Origin: Candidatus Hydrogenedentota bacterium | GTDB lineage: Bacteria; Hydrogenedentota; Hydrogenedentia; Hydrogenedentales; SLHB01 | Direction: 5' to 3' | NCBI GenBank assembly: GCA_029974275.1 | Contig: JARKSN010000210.1 | Coordinates: 1 to 12,066 of the forward strand | Length of the DNA: 12,066 nt | Shown here: positions 1 to 8,976 of the stretch, one piece after another | Numbering within the stretch: position 1 is the stretch's first letter | Layout: every line of letters begins with the position of its first letter | Made by a program: the position numbers and the translations under genes | Notes under the pieces: generated by a model | Told to the model about the DNA's origin: nothing | Database searches by the model: none | The model's input: only the letters and a program-made list of their open reading frames with translations

Positions 1-2
1 TG

Positions 3-1187
3 TTCCTCCAGTATTTCGCCCCTGGAGCCATCCTGCCCATTCTGAGCCACTACGTGCAGCATTATCTGCATTTCACCCCGTTTCAGGCCGGCGTGATCTT
101 GGCCGCGCCGGCCGTTGCGGCCTTCCTGGCTCCGCCGATCGTCGTGCGCCTCGCCGATCGCAGGATTGCCTCCGAACGCTTTCTCGCGGCATGTCATGCC
201 TTCGCAGCAATCTCCATGCTGTGCTTGGCCCATCAAACCTCGTTCGCCCCATTTTTGGCCGTGTTTCTGCTGTATTCACTCGCCTTCGTCCCCACGATGG
301 CGCTGTCGAACACGGTCGCTTTTCATCACGCGCGCGATCCGCGACGCGATTTCGGCGCCGTGCGCCTTTGGGGCACGGTCGGCTGGGCAACGGCGGGAGG
401 ACTGTTCGGCTACGCATGGCTGCGCTGGGGCGGAGTCGGCCCCGCCGAAACGCGCATGCCGCACGCCTTGGCGGTGTCGGCGGCGGTTTCCTGCCTGATG
501 GCCGTCCACGCCATGACCCTTCCCGCGAAAAAGACCGCCCCGCCGAACAACGACGCAAGCGGCCCGCCGGAGGCGTTATGGCGAAGACCCGGCGTTTTCC
601 CGGTATTGTGCCTCGCATTCATAGGGAGTTATTTGAACGAATACTACGCCTATGGAATCAGCCCCTTCCTCATCCAGCAGGGATTTCCCCCGGAGACCAT
701 CATGCCCGCGATCTCGTTGGGGCAAATCGCCGAAATAGGAGCCATGGCCCTATTGGGCGGCTTGCTGGCGCGGTTCGGCGTCAAACGTTTGTTGGCGGCG
801 GGAATAGCGTTGCAGGCGGCGCGGTTTCTGCTGTTCGCGTGGAGCGAAAACAAGGCGATCCTCTTGCTGGGCATATCGCTGCATGGTCTGTTTTACACGT
901 TTTTCACGACCACGGCGTACATCGTCATGGATCAACGCTGCGCATCGCACGAAAAAACCGGGGCGCAACAGCTCATCAACATCGCCGTGTTCGGCTTCGG
1001 CCGTTTGCTGGGTTCGCTCAGCGCCGGCGCCACTGCCGAACTCCACTTCGATCCCCTTGCCCGAGTCGTCCACTACGCCGGATTCTGGTTGGTTCCAGCC
1101 GCTATTGGCTGTTGCACCACTCTCGCGGTGCTGGTCATGTTTCGCTCCCCTCCTGCCACCCAGCAGGCTGCGGGCGCCCAGGAGTGA
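3..1187 (+). CDS. MFS nucleoside:H+ symporter family transporter (NupG/XapB/YegT-like), 5'-truncated by the window edge
   Basis: The frame of ORF 54..1187 stays open back to nt 3 (FLQYFAPGAILPILSHYV), resembling the 'MFLQYF' first helix of this family, so the true start is upstream. Family-like motifs: LADRRIASERFL, PTMALSNTVAF, DFGAVRLWGTVGW, SLGQIAEI, RFGVKRLL, GISLHG. About 12 hydrophobic segments. Confidence 0.85.
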   Translation, partial: FLQYFAPGAILPILSHYVQHYLHFTPFQAGVILAAPAVAAFLAPPIVVRLADRRIASERFLAACHAFAAISMLCLAHQTSFAPFLAVFLLYSLAFVPTMALSNTVAFHHARDPRRDFGAVRLWGTVGWATAGGLFGYAWLRWGGVGPAETRMPHALAVSAAVSCLMAVHAMTLPAKKTAPPNNDASGPPEALWRRPGVFPVLCLAFIGSYLNEYYAYGISPFLIQQGFPPETIMPAISLGQIAEIGAMALLGGLLARFGVKRLLAAGIALQAARFLLFAWSENKAILLLGISLHGLFYTFFTTTAYIVMDQRCASHEKTGAQQLINIAVFGFGRLLGSLSAGATAELHFDPLARVVHYAGFWLVPAAIGCCTTLAVLVMFRSPPATQQAAGAQE

Positions 1188-1239
1188 GCGGCGCTTTGCC
1201 GATCCCCGCCCAAACGGACGCAACGACGGGGCCGTTTAT

Positions 1240-1269
1240 TTGCATTTCGGGTCATTGCCTCGGTATACG
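1240..1269 (+). promoter_or_regulatory. Possible sigma70 promoter for the sulfatase-like gene
   Basis: TTGCAT (1240-1245), 18-nt spacer, TATACG (1264-1269), in an AT-richer patch of the 1188-1385 intergenic gap. The -10 lacks the final T. Confidence 0.3.
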
Positions 1270-1385
1270 TGCATATAAGCGGCACAGGAAATGAGCAAGA
1301 GCCGTTTGCGCGGCCACCGGGACTTCGCGCTTTTGCGCATGCCCCGCCGACGCGAACCGCATGCTCAACGCCCGGGAGAAGGATC

Positions 1386-3506
1386 ATGAACCAAGCCCCT
1401 TCGCGCCCTGCGCACACGCCCCGCGCTTTGTCGCTGGCGTTCTTCTTGACAACCGGCGGCGCGCTGTTCCTCGGCGGAACCGATGTACTGCTCGCGCTTC
1501 CCGGCAAGCCCGACTTCCTCGCCTCGCCGTCCGTCGCGGCAGCCGTAATCGCCGTCACGGCCGGGGCGAGCGCCCTGGCGCTGCTTGCGGTCTCCGCGGC
1601 GGCCCTCTGTCTAGGCGCGCTCCTGCGACGCCACAAAACGCCGTCCTTGCTTGTCGCGGCCCATTGCCTGGTCATATCGGCGGTGTTGTGGGTTCAAGTC
1701 TTGAACGTCAAGACGGAGGCAGGCCTGCAGGCGCAGTCCACCAAACTGCTGACCGTCCTTGGCGTCTCCTTGTTGTTGGCGTTCATTGCCTGGCGCGTCT
1801 TTCGAGAGCCGGACCGTCCCGAGCGATTCCAACGGCTCCGCACCATCGGCTTGGCGATCGCATGGATCACGTTGGCCTGCGCCGCCGTTCTATGGATCTG
1901 CCTCTACCATTTCCCGTTCGCTTTTATATACGCCATGGCAATGCTTGTTCCCGCCGCAGCGGTTTCCTGCCTTGTCGCCATGGCCGTATCGTGGCTGATG
2001 CGCGGCTTCGCCGGTCCGGCCACTCTCAACGCGGCAGCGGGCCTCTGTCTGGCGATCGCCGCTTACCCCGCGATCGCCGCCAAGGCCGTCTTGCCCCCCC
2101 GGACAGAAACCTCCGCCCGCGCCGATCACTCCGTCCGGCACATCGTCCTGGTCACGGTCGACTCGCTCCGGCGCGATGCGCTGGGGTGTTACGGAGGCGT
2201 TTCGCCCGCCACGCCGCGCCTCGACGCGTTCGCCAAGGAAAACCTGCTGTTCACGAACGCCTACAGCCCCGCGCCATGGACCGAACCCGCGCTGGCCTCG
2301 ATCCTTTCCGGCCTTTCGCCCCTCGTCCACGATTTTCCCGGCGAATCGAAAATCCTGCAACCCGGCGTCGTCACCCTCGCCGAACGCCTGGCCGATCAGG
2401 GCTACGCGACGTGCGGCGTCTGGCACAACCCCATCATTCCCTCCTCCACGCAATTAAGCCAGGGCTTTCAGCGCCGCTATTCTTTTCCGCAATACCAGGA
2501 ATGGGACGATGACAGCGGCACGCTCGGCGCCAAGCTGCTCAAAAAAACCATCTGGAAGGGCCCTTATTCCGTCGAGGGCAACACCAAAGAGCTGACGGAT
2601 ATCGCATGCGCATGGGTGCGGGCGAACAAAACAAACGACTTCTTCCTGTGGCTGCATTACTTCGACCCGCACTGGCCCTTCACGCCGCCCAAACGTTACC
2701 TTCCGGAAAGTCCGCTTCTCGACGAATTCGGCGCCGGGTTCAAATCCTACAACTCCGCCATGAAAGGCTTTGACGTCACAAATTCCCGCAAACGCGAATG
2801 GACGAAACTGCTGTACGACGCCGAAGTCGCATACGTGGACGAGAATTTCGGGCGTTTGATGGATTGCCTCAAAGAACTGGGAATCTATGACAACGCCCTC
2901 GTCATTCTCACCAACGACCACGGAGAAGAATTCTGGGAGCATGGACATTTCGGACACGCCCAGTCGCTGTACAACGAACTCATCGCCGCCCCGCTTGCCC
3001 TCAAGCTTCCGGAAAACGCCTCCCCAAAAACGATCGAGGCATACGTTTCCACGGGCAGCATCACCCCCACGATCCTGGACCTCTTGAAAACGCCGGCAGA
3101 CCCGGCTTCCTTGAGTTATCCCTCGCTGGCGCCGCTATTGTCCGGCGACGGCCCGGTCCCCTTTCACGGAAACGTGACGAGCGCTTCCGTCATCCGCTTC
3201 GAAGAACTCGAGTCGGTGGTCTGGGAAGGGCGTAAATTCATTACGTCGTTGACCACCGGACGGGAATGGATATTCGATCAGAATCGCGACCCCGGCGAAC
3301 TGGCGCCGCTGACCGATCCGGAATCGTCCTTGCGCCAGGAAGGCATGAAGCGAATCGAGGAACACCGGGCGACGTCACGGGAACTCCAAACGCGTTACGG
3401 GATCATTCCCTCGCAGCCCGGCTCCGGACCGAAACGGGACAAACGCCACGACGACGCGCCCAGTCAGGAAAAAAACAAGCAACTGGAGACATTGGGATAT
3501 CTTTGA
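1386..3506 (+). CDS. Membrane-anchored sulfatase-like hydrolase/transferase (alkaline phosphatase superfamily) with an N-terminal multi-TM domain
   Basis: ATG 1386 follows GGAGAAGG, so it is preferred over the ORF-track start at 1269. About 7 hydrophobic segments, then IVLVTVDSLRRD, ATPRLD, AYSPAPWTEPALASILSG, TLAERL..GYAT, WLHYFDPHWPF, YDAEVAYVD, LTNDHGEEF, DPGE and the C-terminal QLETLGYL signature. Confidence 0.9.
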   Translation: MNQAPSRPAHTPRALSLAFFLTTGGALFLGGTDVLLALPGKPDFLASPSVAAAVIAVTAGASALALLAVSAAALCLGALLRRHKTPSLLVAAHCLVISAVLWVQVLNVKTEAGLQAQSTKLLTVLGVSLLLAFIAWRVFREPDRPERFQRLRTIGLAIAWITLACAAVLWICLYHFPFAFIYAMAMLVPAAAVSCLVAMAVSWLMRGFAGPATLNAAAGLCLAIAAYPAIAAKAVLPPRTETSARADHSVRHIVLVTVDSLRRDALGCYGGVSPATPRLDAFAKENLLFTNAYSPAPWTEPALASILSGLSPLVHDFPGESKILQPGVVTLAERLADQGYATCGVWHNPIIPSSTQLSQGFQRRYSFPQYQEWDDDSGTLGAKLLKKTIWKGPYSVEGNTKELTDIACAWVRANKTNDFFLWLHYFDPHWPFTPPKRYLPESPLLDEFGAGFKSYNSAMKGFDVTNSRKREWTKLLYDAEVAYVDENFGRLMDCLKELGIYDNALVILTNDHGEEFWEHGHFGHAQSLYNELIAAPLALKLPENASPKTIEAYVSTGSITPTILDLLKTPADPASLSYPSLAPLLSGDGPVPFHGNVTSASVIRFEELESVVWEGRKFITSLTTGREWIFDQNRDPGELAPLTDPESSLRQEGMKRIEEHRATSRELQTRYGIIPSQPGSGPKRDKRHDDAPSQEKNKQLETLGYL

Positions 3507-3518
3507 GCGGCGTCCTGG

Positions 3519-4055
3519 TTACGCGCCGTCTTTCCCTTGCCGCAGCCGCTCGCCCATGTCGCGAAGTCGACGCAGCGAAGAAGCGTCCAGGCGATCCTCC
3601 AACCGGGCAGGCTCCGCCTTCGCCTGGGCCACGGCCAGGGAATCGCGCGCCGATGACACGGCGCCATCAACCGTCTTCAGAAAATTCTCCGGCCCCATCA
3701 CCAGCGATCCCAAGCCCCGGCACAATTGACGTATGCCCTGGTCGCCCGTGACAACGATAACGTCTCGGCGATTGGGCATGTTGTAGACGAGACGTTCAAT
3801 GAGCGCATCGGCGGTTTGACCGGCTTCGGAATAGGTAATGCGCAGCGAGGGAACCGTCGCGAGATTCGCCTCGGCGACGAACTGCCGCGAACGCCCGTCG
3901 AACACAAGCGCAATGGCGCTCCCGGTCGTGGCGCAAAAGCGAGCCAGCCGCTCGATCAGGGCGTTGCGCGCGAATTCGACGCTTTGATCGATCAACGGGC
4001 GCAACAAACGGCAATGGTGAATGATGTTATAGCCGTCAACCACATATTCAGGCAT
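3519..4055 (-). CDS. yacP: NYN-domain endoribonuclease, YacP/Rae1 family (178 aa)
   Basis: Likely start MPEYVVDGYN at ATG 4055, overlapping the alr stop as TGATG. The ORF-track extension to 4448 lies inside alr. Acidic motifs VDGYN, VFDG, TADALIE and VTGD match the YacP-like NYN pattern. Confidence 0.82.
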   Translation of the reverse strand: MPEYVVDGYNIIHHCRLLRPLIDQSVEFARNALIERLARFCATTGSAIALVFDGRSRQFVAEANLATVPSLRITYSEAGQTADALIERLVYNMPNRRDVIVVTGDQGIRQLCRGLGSLVMGPENFLKTVDGAVSSARDSLAVAQAKAEPARLEDRLDASSLRRLRDMGERLRQGKDGA

Positions 4056-5182
4056 CAGGTTTTGGCTCCGACATACACGCGCTGCGCGCGGCTGCCGATC
4101 CCCGCGAGAATCTCGTACGGAATGGTTTGCGCCAACCGGGCCAGTTCCGCCGCCGTGATCATCTGATCCCCGTCCTGGCCGATCAATGTCGCAACATCGC
4201 CGACCGTCGCCCCCGCGACATCGGTGACATCGACAAGAATCTGGTCCATGCAGACCGATCCGCGGACAGGACACCGGGCGCCGCGTATCAACGCCACGCC
4301 CCGATTGGAAAGACTGTGGAGATATCCGTCTGCGTATCCGACGGGCAACAACGCGGCCTTCATGGCGCGCGGCGCAATGTAGGCGCGCCCATAACCGACG
4401 CTGGCGCCGCGCGGGATCTCTCGAATCTGCGCAACGCGCGTCTCCCAACGCAAGACCGGCCGCACCGGCAAGATCGAAGGCGCAACATCGGTGGGCCAGA
4501 CCCCATAAGTCATGAGGCCGGGCCGGACCATGTCAAAGGAGCTTGCCGGATGGTTGACGATGGCCGCGCTATTGGCCGCATGCGCCGTTTCGTACGGAAC
4601 GCCTTCCTTGTCAAGCTGGTTCAGAAGCTGCTTGAACTGCCGAATTTGCTGAGCCGTGAACAAATCCGCGGAATCATCGGCCACCGGAAAATGCGTCGCC
4701 ACGCCCTCGATATCGACGTGCGAGATCCGCATGATCCGCATCATGTCCTTGACGGCATGATCGAGACCAAAGCCCTGACGCCCCATGCCCGTGTCGATCT
4801 TGCAGTGAACCGGAGCCACCTTATTGGCGCGCCGCGCAAGCTCGCCCACGCGTTCGGCGATCTCCACGCTCGACGCCATCATATGCAAGCCATATTCCAC
4901 GATCGCCGGCAAAGCGTCTTCCAAAGGCTGCACCATCACCAGAATGGGAATCGAAAGCCCCGCCTCGCGCAGTTCCACCGCCTCGTTCACGTCGGCCACG
5001 CCCAGCATCCGCGCCCCCTCGCGGACGGCGCGCTTGGCTATGGGCGCAGCGCCATGCCCATACGCGTTCGCCTTGACAACCGCCATGATCGCGCAACGGG
5101 ATGGAATCATGCCCCGTACGACCGCCAGATTGGCGGCGTAGGCATCAAGATCGACGATAACCCGGCTGGATGGCGCTTTCAT
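4055..5182 (-). CDS. alr: Alanine racemase (PLP-dependent, fold type III)
   Basis: AVVKANAYGHG (PLP Lys), HCKIDTGMGRQG, THFPVAD, HAANSAA, VRPGLMTYG, VGYG (catalytic Tyr), GYADG, CMDQ, TIPYE; 375 aa. Confidence 0.97.
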   Translation of the reverse strand: MKAPSSRVIVDLDAYAANLAVVRGMIPSRCAIMAVVKANAYGHGAAPIAKRAVREGARMLGVADVNEAVELREAGLSIPILVMVQPLEDALPAIVEYGLHMMASSVEIAERVGELARRANKVAPVHCKIDTGMGRQGFGLDHAVKDMMRIMRISHVDIEGVATHFPVADDSADLFTAQQIRQFKQLLNQLDKEGVPYETAHAANSAAIVNHPASSFDMVRPGLMTYGVWPTDVAPSILPVRPVLRWETRVAQIREIPRGASVGYGRAYIAPRAMKAALLPVGYADGYLHSLSNRGVALIRGARCPVRGSVCMDQILVDVTDVAGATVGDVATLIGQDGDQMITAAELARLAQTIPYEILAGIGSRAQRVYVGAKT

Positions 5183-5244
5183 ACCCCCAATCCTCGGTCG
5201 CTGCTGCCCGTCCGGCGGGCGCCCATGCCGCCGTCATCGCGGGG

Positions 5245-5844
5245 CTACCGCGCCTGTGTAAACAAGCCCCAATTGTGACGCGCGAACTGCACCCCCGAAT
5301 ACGACGTGTACACCGCCACGCCCACAATCGCCGCCAGCGACCCGTGCAACACGGCAGAATCGTACGGACCTGCATAGCGCGGCCAATACGCGTGCAGGAT
5401 ATCGGACGCAATCGCCAGAAACAGAAACACAAAAACATACACCATCTGAAGAATGGCCTTGGTCTTGCCGTACCGGTTGGCCCCAATGACCTCCCCGCTG
5501 CTCGCCGCAAGCGACCGGGCGCCCGTGATCAAAAACTCGCGCGCCAAAATCACCACGACCGTCCAGCCGGGTATCCACAACACATCCAGCTCCATGAGCA
5601 TGACGAACGCCGCGGACAACAGCATCTTGTCGGCCACCGGATCAAGGAGCTTGCCAAAACTCGTCACCTCGTTCCGGGAACGAGCGATCTTGCCGTCATA
5701 GTAATCGGTCACCGTCGCCGCCGTGAACACCGCATACGCCAACACAAGAAATATCGTGCGCGGAAACGACATCAGAACGACGAACAGGGGAACCATCAAC
5801 ATCCTGGCGAGCGTCAATCGATTAGCGAGATTCATTTTGCCCAT
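5245..5844 (-). CDS. pgsA: CDP-diacylglycerol--glycerol-3-phosphate 3-phosphatidyltransferase
   Basis: MNLANRLTLAR, TDYYDGKIAR..EVTSFGKLLDPVADK (CDP-alcohol phosphotransferase motif), AREFLITGAR, GKTKAILQ. Alternative start ATG at 5835. Lies in the usual ftsK-rodZ-pgsA context. Confidence 0.95.
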   Translation of the reverse strand: MGKMNLANRLTLARMLMVPLFVVLMSFPRTIFLVLAYAVFTAATVTDYYDGKIARSRNEVTSFGKLLDPVADKMLLSAAFVMLMELDVLWIPGWTVVVILAREFLITGARSLAASSGEVIGANRYGKTKAILQMVYVFVFLFLAIASDILHAYWPRYAGPYDSAVLHGSLAAIVGVAVYTSYSGVQFARHNWGLFTQAR

Positions 5845-5918
5845 TCCACGCGCGTCACCCCCACACCTGCCAAAGCCGCAACCCGCGACCGACCGGGCAC
5901 CCCGTTTCCATCCTCGCG

Positions 5919-6392
5919 TTAACGCAGGGAAGCGGGAACGGGCGGCGGCACCACCATCCCATCGTCGAGGCTTTCCGCCCGGACGCGCGTATCGGAAGGC
6001 TCAGACGTCGGACGGCATACGACCGTATAGGAAAGCCACCCAAATGCAAAAATAGCGCACACGATCGCCCACGTGATCGCCTCGTTCATCCAACGAGGCC
6101 TTCCCGCGGCGCTCGAATGGAGCGAAGCGTCCCGGACAGTCCTTGCGGCTTGCTTCCCCAAAGCGCGATAGTGATCGAGATACGGTTCCGGATCCAATCC
6201 CAAATACAGGCAATACGTGCGCAAAAAGCCCAGTCCATAACACGAGGCGGGCAACGAACGGAAATCGCCCGTCTCGATGGACTCGAGATACGCAGACGGT
6301 ATCCGGAGCTTGTGGGACACCTCGTCCAGGCTCAAGCCCGTGGCTTCCCGGCGGACCCGAAGATCAACTCCGAACAAAGCGGTCTTGCTCAT
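5919..6392 (-). CDS. rodZ: RodZ-like protein (XRE-type HTH + single TM), short form
   Basis: G..LR..RE..GLSLDEVS..LRI...YLESIETGDF..LP...Y..GFLRTY...LGLD is the RodZ N-terminal HTH pattern. One TM (AITWAIVCAIFAFGWLSYTVV). ATGA overlap with the ftsK stop. Confidence 0.8.
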   Translation of the reverse strand: MSKTALFGVDLRVRREATGLSLDEVSHKLRIPSAYLESIETGDFRSLPASCYGLGFLRTYCLYLGLDPEPYLDHYRALGKQAARTVRDASLHSSAAGRPRWMNEAITWAIVCAIFAFGWLSYTVVCRPTSEPSDTRVRAESLDDGMVVPPPVPASLR

Positions 6393-8905
6393 GCGACCTC
6401 GTCCGTGCGCGGCAGATCCACAAGAATCTCGCGGGCCTTGCTGCCGCTGTGCGGCCCAACGATGCCTCGAAGTTCCATCATGTCAATCAGGCGGGCGGCC
6501 CGCGTATACCCCACCCGAAGCCGGCGCTGCACCATCGAAATACTCGCCTGCCCCGTTTCCAGAACGACGCGCACCGCCTCGTCGAGCAATTCGTCGTCCT
6601 CGTCCACCGCCTCGTCGAGAGCGTCCTTCGACTTCCCGAACTTCGCGATTTCGTCGCGGTATTGCGGTGGCGCCTGGGTTTTCAGATACGCGATCAGACC
6701 GTTCATCTCGTCATCGCTGACGAACACCCCCTGAATGCGAGTCGGCTTACTCTGACCAGCAGGAAGGTACAACATGTCCCCCTTGCCGATCAAGCGTTCC
6801 GCACCAATCTCGTCCAGGATGCACCGGGAATCCACCCTCGAAGACACCTGGAACGAAACGCGCGACGGAAAATTCGCCTTGATGACGCCCGTCAATACGT
6901 CCACGGAAGGACGCTGCGTGGCAATGACCAAGTGAATGCCAACCGCACGGGCCAATTGGGCCAACCGCGCAATCGCGTCTTCAACCTCGGCGCGAGCCAA
7001 CATCATCAAGTCCGCCAACTCATCGATCACGCACACGATATACGGGAGCTTGCGAATGGCGTTGATCGAGTCGCCTCCGGTTCCTTCCGCCTCCGTCACC
7101 TCGATCTCGCCGTTCTCGACGCTCTTGTTGTAGACCTCGACGTTGCGCACGCGCAAATGCGCGAACAGACGATACCGCTCTTCCATTTCAATGATGAGCC
7201 AATTCAACGCCGACGCGGCCTTCTTGGGATCGGTGACCACCGGCGTGATCAAATGAGGGATGTCGTTGAAGATGCTGAGTTCGACCATCTTGGGATCGAT
7301 GAGCATCACTTGGAGTTCCTCGGGCGTCTTGGTGCACAGCAGGCTGGCCAGCAAGGTCTTCACGCAGACGGTCTTGCCGGCGCCGGTCGCGCCCGCCACC
7401 AGCAAATGCGGCATGGAAGCCAAATCGGTCACCATGACTTCGCCCGCGATATCCTTTCCAAACGCCAACGGCAGCTTGGCCTTGGTGCGCTGGAACGCGC
7501 GCGACTCGAGAATCTCGCGCATCACCACCGGCTCGCGATCCGTGTTGGGCACTTCAACGCCAACGCGGCCCTTACCCGGAATCGGAGCCTCCACGCGCAC
7601 GCGGTGGGCCTTCAACGCCAGCGCCAAGTCATCGGCAAGCGCCAAAAAACGATTGACCTTGACGCCCGGAGCAGGCTCGATCTCATAGCGCGTAATCGTA
7701 GGACCGCGCGTGATATCGGTGACGCGCGCCTCGATGGCGAACGTGCGCAACGTCTCTTCGAGCAGCTCGCTTGTCTTGTGCAACTGCTCGCTCAGGTCCT
7801 TCGTCTCCATTACGGGAGGCAGATCAAACAAATCCAGCGGCGGACGAACGTACTGCTTCGGATACACATAATCGGCCGGCAACTCTTCGTCGATCGCCCC
7901 CTTGCGGCGAAGCGACGGCGCGCCTTGTTTCTTGGAAACGACGGACACGCGCGCCGGGCCCGTCCGTTTTTCAGCCCCGCCGCCTTCCTGCAACGGCAAT
8001 TCCGGAGAAGACGCTCCCCCGCCCGCCCCCGCAGCCGGCTCCGCCTCGGCCAACGCCTCCACTACCGACAACGGCTCCGCCACGCCATCCTCGGAAACTT
8101 CCTCCGCCGTCGGCCTGGGCAGGCGGATATTGGGCAGGGAACGCGGCAACTCCTCATCCGAAACGCCGCTCGCGGCATCAGGCGCCGTCACGACAGGCGC
8201 CGGATACGCGGCAGCGCCGCCCGTCTCTTCGCCAGGCGACGAGACGCGAGACCTCCGGACGCGCTGAGGCTCGGAACCCGCTGCGGCCACCCCCCGCCGA
8301 TTCCGCCGCGCTTCCCACTGCGCTGTCAAATACCCCGCCAACAGCCCCGTCAGGCCTATCAACAACTGCGCCAAACGGCGCAGCCAATCAAGCATGCGGA
8401 CAAACAGAAAATCCGTCGACAACAACACCCCAACCAAAATGCAGGTCACCGCAAGCACCGTGGACCCAATGATTCCGAACCATCGCACCAGCGGACTGCC
8501 GAAAAACCACCCCACAGCCCCCCCTGCGTGCGGACCCTCTCCACTCGGCATCACGGTCACATGAAACAGCGTCGCCGTGGCGCAACACACAAGAAACAAC
8601 CCAATCAACCTGCTGAAAATGCGATCGAGCTTGCGGTGGGACAAGAGCATGCCCCCCCAAATGCCCGTGATGCAATAAAGGGCATGGGCCCCATGCCCAA
8701 ATAGCAGACAAAGAAACGACGACGCCAACGCGCCGGGACGCCCCAACGCGTTGCGGACGCTGGAGATGTCGTCAATGGGCCGATGCACGTTCCCCTGATA
8801 CTGATCCGTCACCAGCGCCAAAAACAAAAGCACCGTGAAAGCCAGCAACAAGATGCCCGCTATTTCGCGCCGTTGCTCCTCTGGAAGCTTCCCGGTTCCG
8901 CGCAT
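6389..8905 (-). CDS. ftsK: DNA translocase FtsK/SpoIIIE (838 aa)
   Basis: N-terminal TM domain, Pro/Ala/Glu-rich linker, GPTITRYE, PHLLVAGATGAGKT (Walker A), IDPKMVEL, IDELADLM (Walker B), RAVGIHLVIATQRPS, gamma domain SISMVQRRLRVGYTRAARLID. RBS AGGAGAAGAGGGG precedes the ATG. Confidence 0.98.
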   Translation of the reverse strand: MRGTGKLPEEQRREIAGILLLAFTVLLFLALVTDQYQGNVHRPIDDISSVRNALGRPGALASSFLCLLFGHGAHALYCITGIWGGMLLSHRKLDRIFSRLIGLFLVCCATATLFHVTVMPSGEGPHAGGAVGWFFGSPLVRWFGIIGSTVLAVTCILVGVLLSTDFLFVRMLDWLRRLAQLLIGLTGLLAGYLTAQWEARRNRRGVAAAGSEPQRVRRSRVSSPGEETGGAAAYPAPVVTAPDAASGVSDEELPRSLPNIRLPRPTAEEVSEDGVAEPLSVVEALAEAEPAAGAGGGASSPELPLQEGGGAEKRTGPARVSVVSKKQGAPSLRRKGAIDEELPADYVYPKQYVRPPLDLFDLPPVMETKDLSEQLHKTSELLEETLRTFAIEARVTDITRGPTITRYEIEPAPGVKVNRFLALADDLALALKAHRVRVEAPIPGKGRVGVEVPNTDREPVVMREILESRAFQRTKAKLPLAFGKDIAGEVMVTDLASMPHLLVAGATGAGKTVCVKTLLASLLCTKTPEELQVMLIDPKMVELSIFNDIPHLITPVVTDPKKAASALNWLIIEMEERYRLFAHLRVRNVEVYNKSVENGEIEVTEAEGTGGDSINAIRKLPYIVCVIDELADLMMLARAEVEDAIARLAQLARAVGIHLVIATQRPSVDVLTGVIKANFPSRVSFQVSSRVDSRCILDEIGAERLIGKGDMLYLPAGQSKPTRIQGVFVSDDEMNGLIAYLKTQAPPQYRDEIAKFGKSKDALDEAVDEDDELLDEAVRVVLETGQASISMVQRRLRVGYTRAARLIDMMELRGIVGPHSGSKAREILVDLPRTDEVA

Positions 8906-8947
8906 CCCCTCTTCTCCTGCCCGCCTGCATAGAGGCCACCACCCCCG

Positions 8948-8976
8948 ATTCTAGCAGACGAACTCTCGGGTTGCAA
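8948..8976 (-). promoter_or_regulatory. Sigma70-type promoter of the ftsK operon
   Basis: On the - strand: TTGCAA (8976-8971), exactly 17 nt, then TAGAAT (8953-8948) with an extended -10 TGn (TGcTAGAAT). An AT-rich UP-like tract lies upstream. Predicted TSS near 8941. Confidence 0.75.

Noticed and set aside
1204..1247. Possible terminator after the MFS gene (AAACGG...CCGTTT followed by a T-rich stretch)
   Set aside because: Only a 6-bp stem with a 14-nt loop and an interrupted U tract; too weak to call.
483..1972. 14-bp exact repeat GCGGTTTCCTGCCT at 483-496 and 1959-1972
   Set aside because: Both copies encode AVSCL in TM helices of unrelated proteins; no flanking homology or mobile-element signature.
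4245..4262. GSVCMD in place of the usual GRVxMD in Alr as a sign of altered specificity
   Set aside because: This position varies among alanine racemases and all catalytic residues are intact; not enough to claim a broad-spectrum racemase.
8132..8139. KOPS-like octamer GGGCAGGG inside ftsK
   Set aside because: One copy noticed; expected by chance in GC-rich DNA, and the KOPS sequence is lineage-specific.
6143..8704. 853-aa + strand ORF, and other long alternative-frame ORFs (191-1294, 1361-2512, 4127-5278, 11060-12046)
   Set aside because: Shadow ORFs overlapping well-supported genes in GC-rich DNA; Arg/Pro-rich with no recognisable motifs.
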